The position numbers and the translations under genes are program-made. From Eubacteriales bacterium (GTDB taxonomy: Bacteria; Bacillota; Clostridia; Oscillospirales; CAG-272): a stretch of DNA of 41,397 bases. The DNA lies in assembly GCA_045653865.1 (NCBI GenBank), contig JAZOMJ010000067.1, positions 1 through 41,397 on the forward strand, given 5' to 3'. The notes below the pieces were generated by a model that was not told where the DNA came from, did not search any database, and saw nothing but the letters and a program-made list of their open reading frames with translations. Shown here in pieces: positions 1-7,440 of this stretch (position 1 is the first letter of the stretch; every line of letters begins with the position of its first letter).

Positions 1-52
1 TGTGAATATGTTTTGTTTCACCGCGAAGCATCGGGCGCATATCCAAAATCAT
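1..52 (-). CDS. 5' end of an unidentified gene running off the left edge (visible N-terminus MILDMRPMLRGETKHIH)
   Basis: ATG at 52-50 on the minus strand. CCTCC (= GGAGG) at 61-65 gives an 8-nt spacer. A consensus promoter lies just upstream (100-128). Only 17 codons are visible, so no product call. Confidence 0.35.
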   Translation of the reverse strand, partial: MILDMRPMLRGETKHIH

Positions 53-99
53 ACCATCTTCCTCCCATTTTTCGGTTGACATAAAATGCGACATTAAAT

Positions 100-128
100 A
101 TTATAACCGTTTTTATTGTATTTGTCAA
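100..128 (-). promoter_or_regulatory. sigma-A type promoter (TTGACA-17 nt-TATAAT) for the gene leaving the left edge
   Basis: The minus strand reads TTGACA (128-123), aatacaataaaaacggt (17 nt), TATAAT (105-100). This is a perfect consensus about 45 nt upstream of the ATG at 52. Confidence 0.6.
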
Positions 129-232
129 TACTTTTTTTACATTTTTCCAATCATTTTCAAATAAAAAGCCACAGTTGATGCATAAAAAGCAACACCGTTG
201 ACCGTTTTTTTTAAAAAGCAGCGCAACCACAA

Positions 233-369
233 GCCTCCCTTGTGTAAAGGGAGGTGGCACGGCAAAGGCCGTGTCGGAGGGATTGTGAAAACAAGTTATA
301 AGAACAAGGACAATCCCTCAGTCAACTGCCGCAAGCGGCATTTGACAGCTCCCTTTACACAAGGGAGCC
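233..369 (-). repeat. Composite double-hairpin repeat unit A (type I arm 233-285, type II arm 311-369, 25-nt AT spacer), subfamily CCCTT/GTGTA/GGGATTG
   Basis: Arm 233-285 is gcctcccttgtgtaaagggaggtggcacggcaaaggccgtgtcggagggattg. Arm 311-369 is its inverted relative with GCTCCC..GGGAGC-TGTCA. Read on the minus strand (sense for the GH13 gene), the type II arm comes first. It lies 34 nt downstream of the GH13 stop. Confidence 0.85.
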
Positions 370-402
370 TTTCAAGTAGTCTCCACTTTGTTTGATAAAA
401 AT

Positions 403-2310
403 TTATTTCACCAATAAAACCGCCCATTCGGCGTGCCCGAGGGTGATTGTGCCCGCAAGCTTCTCGCCTGTGAGGACATTTTTGCATCCCTTGGGAATGG
501 CAAAGGTTTTGGCATCCCCCATATTGGCGAAAACAAGGATGCGCTCCTTTGCGTTGGCTCTTTCGAAAACAAAAGAGGTTTCATCGTGTTCGACAAAGCG
601 GAAGTCTCCATCCGTGAGTGCCGAGTGCTCCGAACGCAATTTTCCGAGTGCACGGTAGTGCGAAAGCAAGCTTTGCTCTTCTCTGCCCCACGGGAATGGC
701 TTGCGGCAGAACGGGTCGCCGTAGCCCTCGACGCCCGCCTCGTCGCCGTAATAGACCGACGGCACACCAAAAGCAGTAAACTGCAACACGGATGCCATTT
801 TGAGCAACGTTAGTGCGTTTTCGCGCTCCTCCCCGGTGAGGGTAAGGTACGCGAGGGTATCGTTTGGCAAGCACTCTCCCTTGCCGCCGTCCCCCAAGAG
901 TGTGAGGATGCGTGCGGTATCGTGCGTGCCCAAAAGATTCATCAGGCTGTGGCTGACGGTTTTGGGGTAGGATGCGTAAATTTCGGCAAGGATGTGATAA
1001 AAGGTTTCGGCATCTCCATCGCGCACAAAAGCGAGGATGGCATTGCGGAAAGGATAATTCATCACGCTATCGAGTTGCTCGCCCGAAAGATAGCGACGTC
1101 GGTTGCCGTAGGCGATTTTATCAGCGGCGTTTTCCCAAACTTCTCCGATGATAAGCCCCTCGTTTTTGGTGTTTTTCTTGACTACGTGGCGCAATTCGTC
1201 TAAAAATTCGTCAGAGAGTTCGTCGGCAACATCGAGTCGCCAACCGTCAACACCGCGACTTGTCCATTTGGCAAGCACACCGCTCTTGCCCGTAAAGTAG
1301 TGTCGGCACGCCTCGTTTGCGTGGTTGAGGCGTGGCAGAATTTCGATGTTCCACCAGCATTCGTAATCTTTGGGGAAAGAACGGAAATGATACCACTTGG
1401 CATAGGGGGATTCTTGCGATTGATACGCGCCCACCTCTCTATAGTTGCCGCGACGGTTAAAGTAGCGGCTATCGTCGCCCGTGTGGTTGAAAACACCGTC
1501 GAGGATGATGCGCATTCCCCTTTTGTGCGCCTCTTTAATGAGGGAGTCAAAGGATTCTTCACCGCCCAAAAATTCGTCGATGACCTCGTAGTCGCCCGTA
1601 TCGTAGCGGTGGTTGGAATATGCCTTGAAGATGGGCGAAAGATAGAGCACCGTAACGCCCAAAGACTCTAAATAGTCGAGTTTTTCGATAACGCCCCACA
1701 AATTTCCGCCAAAAAAGACGTTGTTGGGGATGGGGTCACCGTTTTTGCGCGGATACTGCGGAATACCGTTTTGCCAATCGGAATTGACGGTGGCATCGGC
1801 ATGGAGTTGGGTCGCTCCCTCTCCGCGACAGAAGCGGTCGAGAAAGATATGATACATCACTCCGCCCGCGAACCACGCAGGGGCACAAAAGTCTTTTTTG
1901 TAGACCAACAAGCGAAAACGGCTACCACTCTCGCGTTCGAAGGTCAAATCGACGTTGTTGGGCGTGCTTGAAAAGAGGGTATCCCATCCACGAACGAGGA
2001 GCAATTCATAATAGAAAAGACCGCTCTCGGAGTTTGCACAGAGTTCCTTTGTGTCAAGCGCAAGCGTGTAAAAATCAACACCGTTCTCCGTTTTTTCAAG
2101 GTGCAGGGGGGTGTCTTTTTCCTCTCCGCCATCGGGAGCGATGCGACAAACCACAGCCGCGGCTCCCCACGCGCGGTCAAGCTCCAAACAAAGCGTGATG
2201 ACCGTGCCCTTGGGTTGTGCCCCGGGTGTGAGCGTTTTATGACCGTCGACCTCCCACCAAAGATGGGCGTGTGCGGTGTTTTCGATTTGTTCGTGTAATC
2301 GAATCAGCAT
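403..2310 (-). CDS. GH13 alpha-amylase family enzyme (neopullulanase/cyclomaltodextrinase-like)
   Basis: Long ORF with the GH13 conserved regions DGVFNHTG, GWRLDVADE, EVWEN and GTHDT. ATG at 2310 with GAGG 9 nt upstream is preferred over the TTG at 2361. It is the last gene of the glg cluster. Confidence 0.9.
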   Translation of the reverse strand: MLIRLHEQIENTAHAHLWWEVDGHKTLTPGAQPKGTVITLCLELDRAWGAAAVVCRIAPDGGEEKDTPLHLEKTENGVDFYTLALDTKELCANSESGLFYYELLLVRGWDTLFSSTPNNVDLTFERESGSRFRLLVYKKDFCAPAWFAGGVMYHIFLDRFCRGEGATQLHADATVNSDWQNGIPQYPRKNGDPIPNNVFFGGNLWGVIEKLDYLESLGVTVLYLSPIFKAYSNHRYDTGDYEVIDEFLGGEESFDSLIKEAHKRGMRIILDGVFNHTGDDSRYFNRRGNYREVGAYQSQESPYAKWYHFRSFPKDYECWWNIEILPRLNHANEACRHYFTGKSGVLAKWTSRGVDGWRLDVADELSDEFLDELRHVVKKNTKNEGLIIGEVWENAADKIAYGNRRRYLSGEQLDSVMNYPFRNAILAFVRDGDAETFYHILAEIYASYPKTVSHSLMNLLGTHDTARILTLLGDGGKGECLPNDTLAYLTLTGEERENALTLLKMASVLQFTAFGVPSVYYGDEAGVEGYGDPFCRKPFPWGREEQSLLSHYRALGKLRSEHSALTDGDFRFVEHDETSFVFERANAKERILVFANMGDAKTFAIPKGCKNVLTGEKLAGTITLGHAEWAVLLVK

Positions 2311-2385
2311 ATTTACAGCCTCGTGGGGAAAACCGACAAGGTCTTCCCCACAGCCTTTCAAAAGGTTTTTGTTTTGATTTAGATG

Positions 2386-2621
2386 CCAACCCTTCCGTCA
2401 CGGCTTTGCCGTGCCACCTCCCCTTGCACAGGGGAGGCTTTTGTTGTTTCGTCGTCTCTCTTTCTATCACAAGAAAAAACGTTTTTGCTTTGTTGCTGAT
2501 TTTTTCTTTTGTTTTCATCATAACAAAAAAAACACAAAGATTAAAAAATATGCGGATTTTCTATTAGCCTCCCCTGTGCAAGGGGAGGTGGCATTTTCGT
2601 CAGAAAATGACGGAAGGGTTG
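2386..2621. repeat. Tail-out pair B of type I double-hairpin arms (2386-2438 inverted, 2567-2621 direct) around a 128-nt T/A-rich core
   Basis: The left arm is ccaacccttccgtcacggctttgccgtgccacctccccttgcacaggggaggc. The right arm is gcctcccctgtgcaaggggaggtggcattttcgtcagaaaatgacggaagggttg. The pair fills the glgP-GH13 intercistronic gap, and its right end is 16 nt from the glgP stop. Confidence 0.85.
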
Positions 2622-2637
2622 TGCCTATCTTTTTTAA

Positions 2638-5067
2638 TCACTTCACTTTTTTCAGTCCCCAGATGCGGTCGGCGTACTCTTCGATGGAGCGGTCGGCGGC
2701 GAATTTGCCTGCGGCGGCAATATTCAAAAGCGACATACGGTTCCATTCATCCTTGTTGGCATAGGTTTCTATCATCGCCTTGTGCGTTTGATAGTAGGAC
2801 TCGAAATCTGCCAGACACATATAGGGGTCTGCCACGCCGTGACCGTTGTTGAGCAGGTATGCGGCAATATCGGCAAAGGATTCGCCTGCAAAGCCCGTGG
2901 AAAGATATTTAACGATGCGTGTCAGTCTCTCGTTGGACATATAATAGTTTGCCGCACGGTAGCCGCTCATCCAAAGCTGTTCTACCTCACTTGCAGTCAA
3001 TCCGAAAATGAAGATATTTTCACTTCCTACCGCCTCTTGCATTTCGACGTTTGCACCGTCGAGCGTGCCGATGGTGAGCGCACCGTTGATCATCAATTTC
3101 ATACATCCCGTACCGCTCGCCTCTTTGCCCGCCAAGGAAATTTGCTCGCTGATTTCTGCCGAGGGAATGAGCGCCTCTGCCATGCTGACGCTGTAGTTTT
3201 CGAGGAATACTACGTTGAGTTTTTCCTTGATTTTGGGATTTTGGTCGATATCCTTGCTAATCATGCAAAGCAGCTTGATGATGCGCTTTGCCATATCGTA
3301 GCCGGGCGCCGCCTTGGCTCCAAAAATAAAGGTTTGGGGTTGGATGTCGAGGTTGGGGTTCTCTTTGAGGTCGAGATAAAGACCGATGATGTTGAGCGCG
3401 TTGAGCAGTTGTCTCTTATACTCGTGCAAACGCTTGATTTGTACGTCAAAAACAGAGTGCGTATCGATAATTTTGCCGGTTTTCTCCTTGACCATTTTGG
3501 AGAAGTTGACCTTGTTTTGGTGCTTGATGGCGCGCACGCGATTGCGCACCTCGGCATCGTCGGCAAACTTGGCAAAATCGGAAAGAGACTCGGGATGGTG
3601 GCGGTAATCGGTGCCGATGCACTCGTCAAGCAGAGCCGCCAAGCCGGGGTTGGAATAGCACAACCAGCGGCGGTGTGCGATGCCGTTTGTGACGTTATCG
3701 AACTTGTAGGGGTACATCTTGTGGAAATCTTTGAAGGTGGAATCCTTGAGAATGCTTGAGTGCAACTCGGAAACACCGTTTACCGAGTGCGAACCGATAA
3801 CCGACAAATTTGCCATTCTCACTTGACCGTAGCCAACAACGCTCATAGCAGAAATGCGGTTCCAGTTGCCGGGGAATGCCTTCCATGCCTCCCCACAGAA
3901 ACGTTCGTTGATTTCCTTAACGATCATATAAATACGGGGCAGTTTGAGGCGGAAGAGGTCTTCGTTCCAGCTTTCAAGTGCCTCGGGCATAACCGTGTGG
4001 TTGGTGTAGGAAACGGTACGTGTGACGATATCCCACGCCTTTTCCCACGAGAAGAAATAATCGTCGGTGAGAATACGCATCAATTCGGGGATGCACAGAG
4101 CCGGGTGGGTATCGTTGATGTGGATTGCCACCTTTTCTGGCAGATTATCCAATTTGCCGTAAACCGCCATGTGGTCGCGAATGATGCTTTGAATAGACGA
4201 AGAAACCAAGAAATACTGTTGCGACAAGCGAAGCAGTTTGCCCTCTGCGTGATTATCGGAGGGATAGAGCACCTTGGAAATGATTTCGGCATTGGTGCTT
4301 TGCTCGAGCGCTTGGGTGTACTGTCCTTGGGTGAAGAGACGCATATCGAACTTTTGAATATTTCTCGCTCTCCAAAGGCGAAGCTGGCTAACGGCAGAGC
4401 TATCGGCTCCCGAAATCATCATATCATAAGGAACTGCCTCGATTTCTTCGGCATCCTCGTAAAGAATTTCGCAATGTCCGTCGGGCTTCCACTCCTCGCG
4501 CACACGTCCGCCAAAGCGAACCTTGTAGGTGCGATCGGTGCGGGGAACGAGCCAAACCTCGCCACCCGGCAGCCAAATATCGGGGGTTTCTACTTGAATA
4601 CCGTCAACGATCATTTGTTTGAAAAGACCGTATTCGTAGCAGATGGAAAAACCGGTTGCGGGATAATCAAGCGAGGAAAGCGAATCCATAAAGCAAGCGG
4701 CAAGACGGCCAAGACCACCGTTGCCAAGTCCCGCATCGGGTTCGCATTCGTAAAGGTCCTCAAGCTTGAAGCCAAGCTTTTCGAGGGCTTTTTCGTATGC
4801 GGGTGCAAGACCAAGATTGCAAAGATTGGTTTTGAGCGAGCGACCGAGCAAAAACTCCATGCACATATAGTAAACGCGCTTGGCGCCTGCCTCGTTGACC
4901 TTCTTTTTGTAGGCAGAGCGTTTATCGCTCAAAATATTCTTGACAGTGATGGCAGTAGCTTTATACATTTGGTCGCGAGATGCTTCTTTTGCACTGCATC
5001 CAAAATGGCGTTGCAAAACGCCCTCGATAAGTGATTTGACTTCGGTACTGTTGGGGTTATAATTCAT
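2638..5067 (-). CDS. glgP: Glycogen/maltodextrin phosphorylase (GT35)
   Basis: 809 aa from the ATG at 5067, with GGAGG upstream (ccacGGAGGcccaacgaATG). It carries the PLP-site motif EASGTGCMKLMINGA. The 97 extra N-terminal codons of the raw ORF (to 5358) translate REP-like repeats and are rejected. Confidence 0.95.
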   Translation of the reverse strand: MNYNPNSTEVKSLIEGVLQRHFGCSAKEASRDQMYKATAITVKNILSDKRSAYKKKVNEAGAKRVYYMCMEFLLGRSLKTNLCNLGLAPAYEKALEKLGFKLEDLYECEPDAGLGNGGLGRLAACFMDSLSSLDYPATGFSICYEYGLFKQMIVDGIQVETPDIWLPGGEVWLVPRTDRTYKVRFGGRVREEWKPDGHCEILYEDAEEIEAVPYDMMISGADSSAVSQLRLWRARNIQKFDMRLFTQGQYTQALEQSTNAEIISKVLYPSDNHAEGKLLRLSQQYFLVSSSIQSIIRDHMAVYGKLDNLPEKVAIHINDTHPALCIPELMRILTDDYFFSWEKAWDIVTRTVSYTNHTVMPEALESWNEDLFRLKLPRIYMIVKEINERFCGEAWKAFPGNWNRISAMSVVGYGQVRMANLSVIGSHSVNGVSELHSSILKDSTFKDFHKMYPYKFDNVTNGIAHRRWLCYSNPGLAALLDECIGTDYRHHPESLSDFAKFADDAEVRNRVRAIKHQNKVNFSKMVKEKTGKIIDTHSVFDVQIKRLHEYKRQLLNALNIIGLYLDLKENPNLDIQPQTFIFGAKAAPGYDMAKRIIKLLCMISKDIDQNPKIKEKLNVVFLENYSVSMAEALIPSAEISEQISLAGKEASGTGCMKLMINGALTIGTLDGANVEMQEAVGSENIFIFGLTASEVEQLWMSGYRAANYYMSNERLTRIVKYLSTGFAGESFADIAAYLLNNGHGVADPYMCLADFESYYQTHKAMIETYANKDEWNRMSLLNIAAAGKFAADRSIEEYADRIWGLKKVK

Positions 5068-5126
5068 TCGTTGGGCCTCCGTGGGGTATCTATTTGGGGT
5101 TTGCGGGTTTTGTTTTTGATGTTTTA

Positions 5127-5446
5127 CGGCGGTAGCAAGCCACCGCCCTACGGTGTATGATAAAATTTGGTTGTAGGGGCGATTCACGAATCGCCCGTTT
5201 TTACACACGATAATCGTTTGTTTTCGGGAGGAGGCAAGCAAACTCCGCTTCGCTACGTGGCAAATTTGCTTCGCAAAAATTGCCCCTCCCCTACCGGTTG
5301 GGTTTTTGTTTTGTTTGAATTCGTTTGCGGCGGGACCCCCAAAGCATCGCCCCCACAAGAAATGTTATAATTTCAATGTAGGGGCGTGCATTGCACGTCC
5401 GCGAATTTTTTGGTCATTATGCGGACGACCAATGGTCGCCCCTACA
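5127..5446. repeat. BIME-like cluster of at least 5 GTAGGG(G)-headed palindromic units in alternating orientation
   Basis: The units are:
- 5127-5153 (-): cggcggtagcaagccaccgccctacgg
- 5172-5197 (+): tgtaggggcgattcacgaatcgcccg
- 5257-5295 (-): gtggcaaatttgcttcgcaaaaattgcccctcccctacc
- 5377-5403 (+): tgtaggggcgtgcattgcacgtccgcg
- 5421-5446 (-): gcggacgaccaatggtcgcccctaca

A decayed copy lies near 5326-5357. Each has a GTAGGG head followed by a different imperfect palindrome. Confidence 0.8.
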
Positions 5447-5499
5447 ATGTACCATTTTTAACTCTGCACTTTGCTGTTAAAATTTAGGATTGTTGAATG

Positions 5500-5684
5500 C
5501 CAACCCTTCCGTCACTCGCAAGCTCGTGCCACCTCCCCTTGCACAGGGGAGGCGTTTTTTAACTCCTTTGTTTTCCCTCTTTGTTGTAAAAAAATCGAAA
5601 ACCCAAAGTAAAAAAGCGAGAGCAGCCCTCTTTGCCTCCCCTGTGCAAGGGGAGGTGGCTGCCGTAGGCAGACGGAAGGGTTGG
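5500..5684. repeat. Tail-out pair C of type I double-hairpin arms (5500-5553 inverted, 5634-5684 direct) around an 80-nt core
   Basis: Same consensus as pair B. The right arm ends 8 nt from the glgA stop codon. Hairpin 2 of the left arm (cactcgcaagctcgtg) is imperfect. Confidence 0.85.
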
Positions 5685-5692
5685 TATCATTT

Positions 5693-7135
5693 TTACACTT
5701 CTCTGTACATCTCGAGATATTGCTCGGCCGATGTGTTCCAAGAGAAGTCGGTTTCCATAATTTTGCGGACAAACTTTTTGCGCAAGGGGGCGTCGTTCCA
5801 AAGCGCGATGGCCGCTTCGGTGCGCTCTTTGAGTTCGTCGGCACTATAGTTGGCAAAGGTGAAGCCGTTGCCCTTGATTTTGCAACCGTCCATCCAAAAC
5901 GGCTTGATGGAGTCATAGAGTCCGCCCGTTTCGCGAACTACGGGAATGGCTCCGTAGCGAGATGCAATCATTTGCGAAAGTCCGCAAGGCTCGCTCTTGG
6001 AGGGCATTAAAAAGATGTCGGTTGCGGCATATATGCGCTTGGAAAGGTCGCGGTCGTAGGTGATGAGCGCGCGCACCTTTTCGGGATATGCGGCTTGCAG
6101 GTCAAGGAAGAGTTTTTCGTATCTTTCCTCGCCCTTGCCGAGCACGATGAGCTGCACGTCGTTGTTTTCCACAATGCTCCAAATGCACTCGGAGACAATA
6201 TCAAGGCCTTTGTGAGAAGCCAAACGGGAAATGACGGCAAGCAAGGGTACGTCGGCACGTTCCGGGAGTCCTGCTTCTTTTTGCATGGCGGTCTTGTCCT
6301 TGGCTTTTCCTGCCATACGGGTGGGGGTAAAGCTTGCCAAAAGAACAGGGTCGCCCTCGGGATTGTAATAGTTGTAATCGATGCCGTTGAGAATACCGCG
6401 CAGCTTGTATGCGTTATCCGTGAGGCAATACTCAAGACCGTGTGCGTATTCTGCGGTTTTGATTTCCTCGGCATAGCGAGGGCTAACCGTGGAAACCGCA
6501 TCGGCACACTCGATGGCGGCTTTCATCAAATTGATGCAACCGTCGCTTTCCATCAATGCGCGATCCTCGTCGCCAAGGGCGAAAACGTCACCCAAGATGG
6601 AGAAATCATACTTGCCTTGGTATTCGATGTTGTGGATGGTGAACACGGTTTTGATGTTGGCAAACTCGGGCAGGTGGCGATAGAAGCGGTTGAGATAAAC
6701 CACCGAAAGAGCCGCTTGCCAATCGTGTGCGTGTAAAATATCGGGATAGTAGTTCAAGTGGCGCATCAATTCGGGAATTGCGCGGCAAAAATAGGCGTAA
6801 CGCTCACCGTCATCGAAAAATCCGTAGAGTGCGGGGCGCTTGAAATAGTACTCGTTATCGATAAAATAGTACTTAACGCCATCTTTGGTAAGACTGTAAA
6901 CGCCGCAATATTGCTGACGCCACGCGAGATTGACTGTGAAGATGGCTTCTTCTTTCATCTCTGCGCGCCATTTTTCGTTGACCGCCGCATAGAGCGGCAG
7001 AACGACTGCGACCTCAGCCTCTCCCGTAGCCGCCAAAGCAGCAGGGAGCGAGCCCATAACGTCGCCAAGTCCACCCGTGGCGGCAAAAGGCATTGCCTCT
7101 GCGCCAACGAATAAAATTTTTTTCATAGTTTTCAT
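5693..7135 (-). CDS. glgA: Glycogen synthase (ADP-glucose type, GT5)
   Basis: 480 aa with the N-terminal motif KILFVGAEAMPFAATGGLGDV. AAAGG lies 5 nt upstream of the ATG at 7135. Confidence 0.95.
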   Translation of the reverse strand: MKTMKKILFVGAEAMPFAATGGLGDVMGSLPAALAATGEAEVAVVLPLYAAVNEKWRAEMKEEAIFTVNLAWRQQYCGVYSLTKDGVKYYFIDNEYYFKRPALYGFFDDGERYAYFCRAIPELMRHLNYYPDILHAHDWQAALSVVYLNRFYRHLPEFANIKTVFTIHNIEYQGKYDFSILGDVFALGDEDRALMESDGCINLMKAAIECADAVSTVSPRYAEEIKTAEYAHGLEYCLTDNAYKLRGILNGIDYNYYNPEGDPVLLASFTPTRMAGKAKDKTAMQKEAGLPERADVPLLAVISRLASHKGLDIVSECIWSIVENNDVQLIVLGKGEERYEKLFLDLQAAYPEKVRALITYDRDLSKRIYAATDIFLMPSKSEPCGLSQMIASRYGAIPVVRETGGLYDSIKPFWMDGCKIKGNGFTFANYSADELKERTEAAIALWNDAPLRKKFVRKIMETDFSWNTSAEQYLEMYREV

Positions 7136-7249
7136 TTACCTTTTGTTTTTCTTTTTGATTATTGAGTTTATTAGGTAATTTTTGTTGACCTGCTTTTTTG
7201 CGGATGCTCCGCATCCGTCACAGATGGCGCAGGATTACCGTGTGCAAAA

Positions 7250-7383
7250 ACACCACGGCAAGGCAAGGGAAAGTGACTGCCGCAGGCAGACGGAAGGGTT
7301 GTGGCTTTCTTTCAATTTCTTCAAGTTAGAACCAACCCTTCAGTCACGGCAAGCCGTGACAGCTCCCCTTGCACAGGGGAGCC
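7250..7383 (-). repeat. Composite double-hairpin unit D (decayed type I arm about 7250-7301, type II arm 7332-7383, 30-nt spacer)
   Basis: The right arm is ccaacccttcagtcacggcaagccgtgacagctccccttgcacaggggagcc. The left arm keeps hairpin 2 plus tail (ctgccgcaggcagacggaagggttg), but hairpin 1 carries several G-to-A changes. On the minus strand the spacer starts TTCTAACT, as in unit F. The unit lies between glgD and glgA. Confidence 0.75.
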
Positions 7384-7440
7384 TTTTGGAAAGTCACCTT
7401 TTGCGTTGATGTGTTTTTTGTAACCGAAGTTTTCTGCTGC

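Noticed and set aside
76-104. Plus-strand promoter-like TTGACA-17-TATTAT
   Set aside because: It overlaps the better minus-strand consensus promoter. It points into a region with no plus-strand gene (antisense to the GH13 gene), and no terminator defining an sRNA was found. It is probably a by-product of the AT-rich palindromic promoter region.
18-260. Small ORFs with peptides like PPLCKGRWH, LPLHRGG and SPVQGEV
   Set aside because: These are translations of the double-hairpin repeats in various frames. The same peptide strings recur wherever an arm occurs, there is no SD, and they overlap in both orientations. This applies to 18-260 and also to 2411-2764, 5490-5849, 5512-5916, 7182-7409, 12756-13028, 33979-34164 and 37574-37963.
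2237-2521. 94-aa minus-strand ORF starting in the core of tail-out pair B
   Set aside because: It has no SD, runs through a repeat arm (…KPPLCKGRWHGK…) and on into the upstream region and first codons of the GH13 gene, and its composition is low-complexity and lysine-rich.
2782-5034. Two long plus-strand ORFs (325 and 424 aa) opposite glgP
   Set aside because: Shadow ORFs of glgP with no motifs. Similar antisense ORFs opposite other genes are rejected for the same reason:
- 6095-6736 (opposite glgA)
- 7369-8772 (opposite glgD and the 3' end of glgC)
- 8825-9826 (opposite glgC)
- 10224-11768 (opposite glgB)
- 13672-14445 (opposite alr)
- 20218-20922 (opposite soj)
- 21921-22874 (opposite serS)
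- 24878-25912 (opposite the NERD gene)
- 26985-27831 (opposite copA)
- 29702-30286 (opposite dnaA)
5068-5358. 97-codon N-terminal extension of the glgP ORF
   Set aside because: It translates the GTAGGGG palindromes (peptides such as GRFVNRPY and GRWLATAV). A strong GGAGG plus ATG at 5067 gives a normal phosphorylase N-terminus.
7197-7218. Hairpin GCGGATGC-tcc-GCATCCG(T)C as a terminator between glgD and glgA
   Set aside because: The T-run precedes the stem on the plus strand, and an A-run follows it on the minus (sense) strand. It therefore fits no intrinsic-terminator orientation and is more likely another REP-like palindrome.
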